DNA from: an uncultured virus (IMG/VR IMGVR_UViG_3300048004_000231)
Taxonomy: Duplodnaviria; Heunggongvirae; Uroviricota; Caudoviricetes; Crassvirales
Direction: 5' to 3' (one strand)
DNA: 62,928 bases
IMG/VR virus record: IMGVR_UViG_3300048004_000231
Location: 1 to 62,928 of that record
This document shows, piece by piece, positions 57,572 through 62,928 of the stretch. Both the position numbers and the translations under genes were made by a program. The notes under the pieces are model-generated. The model made no database searches. It was not told the origin of the DNA and worked only from the letters and a program-made list of their open reading frames with translations. Each line of letters begins with the position of its first letter. Position 1 is the stretch's first letter.

Positions 57572-57856
57572 ATGGCCCCTGAAATAAACGAAGGAACTAA
57601 AATTACACTGGATTTAAAAACAATAGCATTGGTTATTAGCGGTGCTGTTGCCTTGGCAGCAATGTATTTTACGCTAAAGGCAGATATAGAAATAGCCAAA
57701 GAGCTTCCTGAGCCTACTATTAGCAGAACAGAATATGATTTAAAAGATCAGCTTATTCGTGAAACTATAATGAACACACAATCTAAAGTAGAGGAAAATA
57801 GTGCGAAGCTTGATAAGATTGATGAAAAACTATATGAGATAATTGAAAACAAATAA
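57572..57856 (+). CDS. Membrane-anchored coiled-coil protein (lysis module candidate)
   Basis: One N-terminal TM segment then coiled coil. Confidence 0.6.
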   Translation: MAPEINEGTKITLDLKTIALVISGAVALAAMYFTLKADIEIAKELPEPTISRTEYDLKDQLIRETIMNTQSKVEENSAKLDKIDEKLYEIIENK

Positions 57857-57858
57857 AA

Positions 57859-58200
57859 ATGAAAACTTTAATCACTTCAATATTATTATTAATTTCTTTT
57901 TTATCTTATTGTCAAGACTATACTATTGTACAAATAAACGCTTCTTGGAACACGCGTAATGATGTTAAACTGCCTGACGAAATAAATGGCAGTAAAGTTA
58001 TTTATGGTATTTTAGAAGATCAGCCTTCGTCTATAAGAAAAAGTACTAAAGCTGTGCCTATTGTTCTAATATATAAAAACAATAAACCGCTTAGGCAATG
58101 GTCGGCAGATTTATCATTTAAATTAAATTTAACTAAAGAGGAAATAGCAAATGCAATTAGAGAAGATAAGCAAACATATAAGCGGGCGAGAAGCAACTGA
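57859..58200 (+). CDS. Secreted thioredoxin-fold-like protein lacking CxxC
   Basis: Signal peptide; VQINASWN...VPIVLIYKN pattern. Confidence 0.55.
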   Translation: MKTLITSILLLISFLSYCQDYTIVQINASWNTRNDVKLPDEINGSKVIYGILEDQPSSIRKSTKAVPIVLIYKNNKPLRQWSADLSFKLNLTKEEIANAIREDKQTYKRARSN

Positions 58201-58618
58201 ATCTTATACAGCTAAAAGAAAAGGTATAGAAAATATACCAAACGAATACCAACTCACTAATATGGTAGGCGTTGCAGAAAATGTATTTGAACCATTACGC
58301 AATTGGGTTGGTGCGCCTATAAAAATTAATTCTTTTTTTAGAAGCGTAGATCTTAATAAAGCAATAGGCGGAAGTTCTAAGTCGCAGCATTGTCAAGGTA
58401 GAGCAATTGATATTGACGACGTGTATGGCCATAAAACAAACGCTGAAATGTTTAACTACATTAAAAATAATTTAGATTTTGATCAGCTTATATGGGAATT
58501 TGGGACAGACGATAATCCTAATTGGGTGCATGTAAGTTATGTATCGGCTGATGAAAATCGTAGACGTTGTTTAAAAGCTGAAAAACAAAAAGGGCGAACA
58601 GTGTATAGCATAATATAA
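58151..58618 (+). CDS. Peptidase M15A-family endolysin
   Basis: INSFFRS..LNKAIGG...SQHCQGRAIDID...WVHVSY. Confidence 0.85.
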   Translation: MQLEKISKHISGREATESYTAKRKGIENIPNEYQLTNMVGVAENVFEPLRNWVGAPIKINSFFRSVDLNKAIGGSSKSQHCQGRAIDIDDVYGHKTNAEMFNYIKNNLDFDQLIWEFGTDDNPNWVHVSYVSADENRRRCLKAEKQKGRTVYSII

Positions 58619-58623
58619 AAATA

Positions 58624-58656
58624 AAGGGGACTCAATTACGAATCCCCTTTTTTATT
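58624..58656. terminator. Bidirectional terminator at convergence of both arms
   Basis: AAGGGGA...TCCCCTT hairpin flanked by A- and T-runs. Confidence 0.8.
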
Positions 58657-60422
58657 TACCCATCACAACTTAAACAATCTGGATCCATTGCTTTTGCCGC
58701 AATATCACCTCTGAGCACCGATTCGGTACGCATATAATATAAAGTCTTAACACCTTTTTTCCACGCATCTAAATGAACTTGATTAATCCACTTAGGCGAA
58801 GCTTCAGAAGGAAATGCTAAGTTAAGTGATACAGCTTGATCAACATATTGTTGTCTGATCCCAGCTTGATTAACCAGCTCTAATTGGTTTATTTCTTTAA
58901 AGGTTTTAAATACATCTTTGACTGTATCAAAGCCCGTTAAATCGAGCGATTCTTGCTCTGAAATACGCGTAAGCTTTTTATTTACATATCCCCAATCATC
59001 TAGCTCAGGTATATCCTGTACACTGCCACCATCAGCCATTATTTTATCCCACGTTTCATTAGTATTAATACCTGCTTTACGAAGCACTTTAGTTAGCTCT
59101 TTGTTCTTCCTAATGAACGTACCCTTCGCACTTTGTTCAGTGAAAACATTAGCGGCCCAAGGCTCAATACCAGGACTAACGTTACCGGCAAGCTTACTAT
59201 TAGACACAGTAGGAGCAATAGCCCTAAGATGAGTGTTACGAAACCCAGTACCGCGGCACCACAAAGGTTCACCATAAACTTCAGCAAGAGCCCTAGATGC
59301 TCTTTCGCTTTCAATTTTAATTTGTGAAAATATTCTTCGCGTTTCAAACTGCGCTTGTAACCCTTCAAACGGGATTCCATTTTGCTGGAGGTATGTGTGC
59401 CATCCAAGTACGCCAAGGCCGATAGCTCTGCCTTTTTCTGCAGATCTGACCGCATTTTCAAATCCTTTGAGCCCTTTTGCTTTTTGCAAATACTCTTCCA
59501 AGACGCCATCAAGAAACCATATAGCGTCATATATAAGGTTTGTATTCTTCCACTCTTCATATTTAGTTAAATTTACTGATGATAAACAACAAACAAAGCT
59601 ATGTGACTCATCTGTATGCAATGTAATTTCACTGCATATATTTGTCATGTGTACCTTTAATGCGTTTTCTTTATATGCTTTTGGATTTGCTTTGTTAACA
59701 TTTCCTTTAAACATGATATACGGCTCTCCAGTTGCTTTTCGTTTTCTAATAAGTTTACTCCATCGAGTCCGCGCTTCCGAATCTCCTTGTTCAAGGCGTC
59801 GCATAAACTTATCACCAACAACTGCGCATTGATGAAGGTTGAGTGACTGTCTGTTAACGTCGCCTTTTGGTTCTCTAATTTCAAGCCACTCTTCAAAATC
59901 GTCGTGTTCAATATTGATATTGACTGATGCTGCGCCTCTACGAACAGAGCCTTGATTAGTCGCGAGGATAGTTGAGTCGTAGATTTTGCAAAAAGGGACA
60001 ACTCCGTCTGATGTTCCATTACCTGTAATTGTTGCTCCGGCAGGACGTATCATATTTAATCCGATACCAACTCCCCCGCCGTGTTTAGCTAGTAACATCA
60101 TTTCTAAATTTTTACCTCCTATGTCGGCTATACTATCACCTACATCAATGCCAAAGCAAGAAATAGGTAACCCACGATCAGTACCTGTGTTACTAAGTAC
60201 AGGGCTAGCGAGGTTAAGCCAACCTTTCCAAATATAATCAAAAAACGTTTCACTCAGTTCCGGTTTGTACAATCGTCTTGCAACTGTTGTTGCGACTCTT
60301 TTGTATGCATCACGGGGCGACTCACCTTGCAGCAAATATCCCCCGGATATAGTTTTCTTGTATACGTCGGTATCTCCCCAGATTGGGTAATCAATACCTT
60401 TTTTCCATTCATTATTCCACAT
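58656..60422 (-). CDS. nrdA: Ribonucleotide reductase class I alpha subunit
   Basis: ISCF, GGGVG, TNICSEI, AIAPTVS, KTLYY, C-terminal CLSCDG. Confidence 0.95.
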   Translation of the reverse strand: MWNNEWKKGIDYPIWGDTDVYKKTISGGYLLQGESPRDAYKRVATTVARRLYKPELSETFFDYIWKGWLNLASPVLSNTGTDRGLPISCFGIDVGDSIADIGGKNLEMMLLAKHGGGVGIGLNMIRPAGATITGNGTSDGVVPFCKIYDSTILATNQGSVRRGAASVNINIEHDDFEEWLEIREPKGDVNRQSLNLHQCAVVGDKFMRRLEQGDSEARTRWSKLIRKRKATGEPYIMFKGNVNKANPKAYKENALKVHMTNICSEITLHTDESHSFVCCLSSVNLTKYEEWKNTNLIYDAIWFLDGVLEEYLQKAKGLKGFENAVRSAEKGRAIGLGVLGWHTYLQQNGIPFEGLQAQFETRRIFSQIKIESERASRALAEVYGEPLWCRGTGFRNTHLRAIAPTVSNSKLAGNVSPGIEPWAANVFTEQSAKGTFIRKNKELTKVLRKAGINTNETWDKIMADGGSVQDIPELDDWGYVNKKLTRISEQESLDLTGFDTVKDVFKTFKEINQLELVNQAGIRQQYVDQAVSLNLAFPSEASPKWINQVHLDAWKKGVKTLYYMRTESVLRGDIAAKAMDPDCLSCDG

Positions 60423-60679
60423 TATTTAAAAAATAAAATTGTGTAGGCTATAGCTACATTTAAATTAACTAATACTAAGTTCCATTGCTTTGCTACAAAT
60501 ACTTGAGGAATTGATATTACTCCTGCAATAATATATGTAACTATACCTGTTCTATCAGGTAATATATGTGGGGATAACATCATAAATGCCGTCCCCATAT
60601 ATCCTAATCTATTCGCGAGTCTTTCAATAGGCTTTAGCCTACGTTGTCTTACTAAAAATTTTAATACTTTCTTATTCAT
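60422..60679 (-). CDS. Small membrane protein
   Basis: Three hydrophobic segments, between nrdB and nrdA. Confidence 0.65.
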   Translation of the reverse strand: MNKKVLKFLVRQRRLKPIERLANRLGYMGTAFMMLSPHILPDRTGIVTYIIAGVISIPQVFVAKQWNLVLVNLNVAIAYTILFFK

Positions 60680-60717
60680 TGCTTAATTGTTCCCACATTT
60701 CGTATTCATCTAGCAGC

Positions 60718-61686
60718 TTACCAAATGTCTTCAAAGTCCTCGCCTTCACCAGCTTTCGAATAATCCGTCGGCCGAACCGCGAAAAAATCAGTATGAGTAT
60801 GCCCCCCGGTAAGATGGTAGAACCAATCAAGATTGCTTGCTGCGTTTTTGTCAAATGGGATATGCGACTTAAGATCCGCGTAACCGAGTTCAACGAGTTT
60901 TTCATTTGTTCTCTTTTTTATAAAGTGTTTTAAATCATTTGCTTTAATGCCTTCAATGTCACCCATCTCAAACATTTTATCTATATACTTACATTCAAGT
61001 TTTACCATTGTTTCGGCAGCGGTAATAATATCTTTCCGACATAAGTCTGCTAATTGATTGTTTTCACTGCACATATCGCGAAACAACTTACAACCCATTT
61101 TACTATGAAGTGATTCGTCGCGAACACTCCATTTCATTTGTTGTCCGATACCCTTAAGTAAATTGCGTAACTGGAAACTATATAAAACAGCAAAAGCTGA
61201 ATAGAGACTAACACCTTCGGCGAAAGCTGAAAAAATTGCCAAAGACTTTCCAATACCAACAGAACTTGAACCGCTGTAAGCAACCAAATTATCAAATCTT
61301 TCTGCCGTAGCAGGCTCGTGTAAGAATGCTTCATAATCTTCTAATCCTAATGTTTCATTTAAATAACTATATGCGACAGCGTGTATTGTTTCTTGCGATC
61401 CAAACATCATTGCCATTTGTTGTATTTCGTGTTTCGGAAACCAACCTACTACTTTCTGTGTCCAATAATCTGATACCGCACATTCTGTTTGCGCAAAACC
61501 TAATAGTATATTACCTACTAAGTTTTTTTCTTCGGCTGTTAGTTTTTCTTTCCAATCTTTAACATCACCTTGCATCGGTATTTCAGTGTGTAGCCAAAAT
61601 GCTTGTGCTTGTTTTAACCAACCTTCATTGTAATATTCAGGATATTCAAAAGGCTTATATGCTATACGCTCATCAAATAATCCCAT
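60718..61686 (-). CDS. nrdB: Ribonucleotide reductase beta subunit
   Basis: KPFEYP, FWLHTEI, ETIHAVAYS, EGVSLYSAF, RDESLH, DFFAVRPTDY. Confidence 0.95.
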   Translation of the reverse strand: MGLFDERIAYKPFEYPEYYNEGWLKQAQAFWLHTEIPMQGDVKDWKEKLTAEEKNLVGNILLGFAQTECAVSDYWTQKVVGWFPKHEIQQMAMMFGSQETIHAVAYSYLNETLGLEDYEAFLHEPATAERFDNLVAYSGSSSVGIGKSLAIFSAFAEGVSLYSAFAVLYSFQLRNLLKGIGQQMKWSVRDESLHSKMGCKLFRDMCSENNQLADLCRKDIITAAETMVKLECKYIDKMFEMGDIEGIKANDLKHFIKKRTNEKLVELGYADLKSHIPFDKNAASNLDWFYHLTGGHTHTDFFAVRPTDYSKAGEGEDFEDIW

Positions 61687-61856
61687 TAGTTTTCTATTTC
61701 AAGTGCAATATCAATAAATGGTAAATATATAACGTGCTGGTGATGTGTGTCCCCGTGATATGTTCGCATACCTACAACAATACCTGGGTATGTACCTAAA
61801 CTAATTGACCAATCTTTTCTTTTTTTAGCGTCCTTGCCCTTTGTATTTTTTGACAT
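61686..61856 (-). CDS. Small hypothetical protein (56 aa)
   Basis: Manual translation MSKNTKG...YPGIVVGMRTY...YLPFIDIALEIEN. Confidence 0.6.
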   Translation of the reverse strand: MSKNTKGKDAKKRKDWSISLGTYPGIVVGMRTYHGDTHHQHVIYLPFIDIALEIEN

Positions 61857-61959
61857 AATTTTTAGATTTTTTGTTATTACTTGTTTTTGATTTTGCGTGC
61901 ACGCCTGGCCTAGATATAGTAGGTCTTTCTAAATAATTCGATAAAGTTAACTTAGCCAT
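61825..61959 (-). CDS. Small basic protein ending KYKGQGR
   Basis: Manual translation MAKLTL...RPGVHAKSKT...KKYKGQGR. Confidence 0.65.
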   Translation of the reverse strand: MAKLTLSNYLERPTISRPGVHAKSKTSNNKKSKNYVKKYKGQGR

Positions 61960-62125
61960 ATACTTTTATATTATGTTCATCATGCAGCTTTACTACATCT
62001 TTATATTTTACATATCCTTTTTGATTGATAGACCACTTAATAAATTTATCAATCTGCCGCTCCTTATATTTTTGGCGGGCTACGTGTTTCGAGAGTTTAG
62101 GATTAACTCTATTGTTCTGTCGCAT
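61952..62125 (-). CDS. Small hypothetical protein (57 aa)
   Basis: Manual translation MRQNNRV...ERQIDKFIKW...KVYG. Confidence 0.5.
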   Translation of the reverse strand: MRQNNRVNPKLSKHVARQKYKERQIDKFIKWSINQKGYVKYKDVVKLHDEHNIKVYG

Positions 62126-62535
62126 TCAGCTTGATTTTGTGGTTTATATAATGTATAACTAGGAAACTGCTGTGACACTAGCAACTTAAATAGCTTCCAA
62201 CGGATTGGAAAAGATTCATTTGCTCTGCCTTTAGTTTCAATAATAAAGTCTTCACCTATAAAGTCAGGTGTATATTTTATTGGTAATATACGTTTACTGC
62301 CTCTATTTTGATAGCTGCCTTTACCATTAGCTTGTCTTTCAAAAGCTTCGTTTTCAAAATGAAAACCATTAATAAGTACAAAAGTTTCACCCTCATACTT
62401 AGCTTTAATTTTAGCTTTCTTCAATCCCATATACATATAGCGTTCAAGTCCCGAAGCAAAGTTAATACCATCGTATGTTATCTTCTTTGCTTGTACAGGG
62501 CCTCGCTTTTTTCTTTTAAATGTTTTTTTTCGCAT
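62080..62535 (-). CDS. T7 endonuclease I-like Holliday junction resolvase
   Basis: FASGLE, YEGE, YTPDF...IIETKG motifs. Confidence 0.8.
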   Translation of the reverse strand: MRKKTFKRKKRGPVQAKKITYDGINFASGLERYMYMGLKKAKIKAKYEGETFVLINGFHFENEAFERQANGKGSYQNRGSKRILPIKYTPDFIGEDFIIETKGRANESFPIRWKLFKLLVSQQFPSYTLYKPQNQAECDRTIELILNSRNT

Positions 62536-62746
62536 CTCTAATATAACATTCTTCTACTTCATTACGAAGTACCATTCGTGCTTTTTCTAAATAGTTAACA
62601 GCATCCATAAGTTCTTCTTGCAAATGTTGTAACCATCTATCAAGCGGTTGATCATCATCGGCAAGTGTAACACCGTATTTTTTATAGCCTACATCTGAGC
62701 GGCTTTGTATCTTATCAATTACTTGTTTAATTATTTGATCTCTCAT
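62516..62746 (-). CDS. All-alpha NTP pyrophosphatase-like small protein
   Basis: RSDVGYKKYG...WLQHLQEELMDAVNY. Confidence 0.6.
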   Translation of the reverse strand: MRDQIIKQVIDKIQSRSDVGYKKYGVTLADDDQPLDRWLQHLQEELMDAVNYLEKARMVLRNEVEECYIRDAKKNI

Positions 62747-62928
62747 ATCGTGTCTTTTACAAATGTTCCGTTTACCATAGATCCAGTTCGATTACTGATC
62801 TCGCCATATGCACTATCGATACAATGCTCAATGTTGACACCAGCCAAAGTGGAAAGATTGGTAAGTACCACAACGGCATCACCAATAGCGTCAATAATGT
62901 CCTCTTTATTGTTTTTGAGTATGGCGTC
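62743..62928 (-). CDS. mazG: MazG-like protein, 3' part (continuation across origin)
   Basis: ...CIDSAYGEISNRTGSMVNGTFVKDTI*, stop overlapping next ATG. Confidence 0.8.
   Translation of the reverse strand, partial: DAILKNNKEDIIDAIGDAVVVLTNLSTLAGVNIEHCIDSAYGEISNRTGSMVNGTFVKDTI
62802..62928. repeat. Terminal direct repeat (127 bp), copy 2
   Basis: Identical to 1-127. Confidence 0.95.

Noticed and set aside
59093-60933. Alternative-frame and antisense ORFs within nrdA/nrdB (also those inside primase, terL, tail fibre and giant gene)
   Set aside because: Shadow ORFs overlapping well-supported genes, with no motifs.
62080-62082. Stop-codon reassignment or TAG read-through
   Set aside because: The downstream ORF is in another frame with its own ATG, and genes are intact under the standard code.
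1-62928. Prophage or temperate lifestyle
   Set aside because: No integrase, repressor pair or host flanks recognised.

Overview
The window is an apparently complete, circularly assembled ~62.8-kb lytic dsDNA phage genome. Positions 1-127 equal 62802-62928, a typical assembler k-mer overlap. The host is probably a marine Bacteroidota/Flavobacteriia (inferred from AT-rich starts without Shine-Dalgarno sites, a Fib_succ_major domain and GroEL/GroES, recalling Cellulophaga phi38:1-like podoviruses). There are two transcription arms. The minus arm (58656-62928 plus 1-~14900) carries nucleotide metabolism, replication, recombination and early genes: nrdA/B, endonuclease I, MazG, ThyA, primase-helicase, SSB, RecE-like exonuclease, ERF, a sigma factor and many small early genes. 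The plus arm (15242-58618) carries chaperonins, tail fibres, terminase, portal, capsid, tail, ejection proteins and lysis genes. No integrase or DNA polymerase was recognised. The most striking candidate system centres on the 2140-aa putative ejection protein (50546-56968). It starts with a textbook -1 frameshift signal (G GGA AAG, 7-nt spacer, H-type pseudoknot) that would give a 75-aa Cys/aromatic-tailed product. It also contains a zincin protease motif and three regularly spaced (G/S)QFD motifs at apparent module boundaries, and one module resembles sigma-70 region 2. Eight identical-architecture, non-host-type promoters (TTACAAACTAAAYACG-N10-GATAATA) precede the early genes. Together these suggest a virion-delivered, self-processed sigma factor. 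A second highlight is a 124-nt mini-tmRNA-like gene with G3-U70/A73 alanine identity. All family assignments are by eye from motifs; no searches were run.
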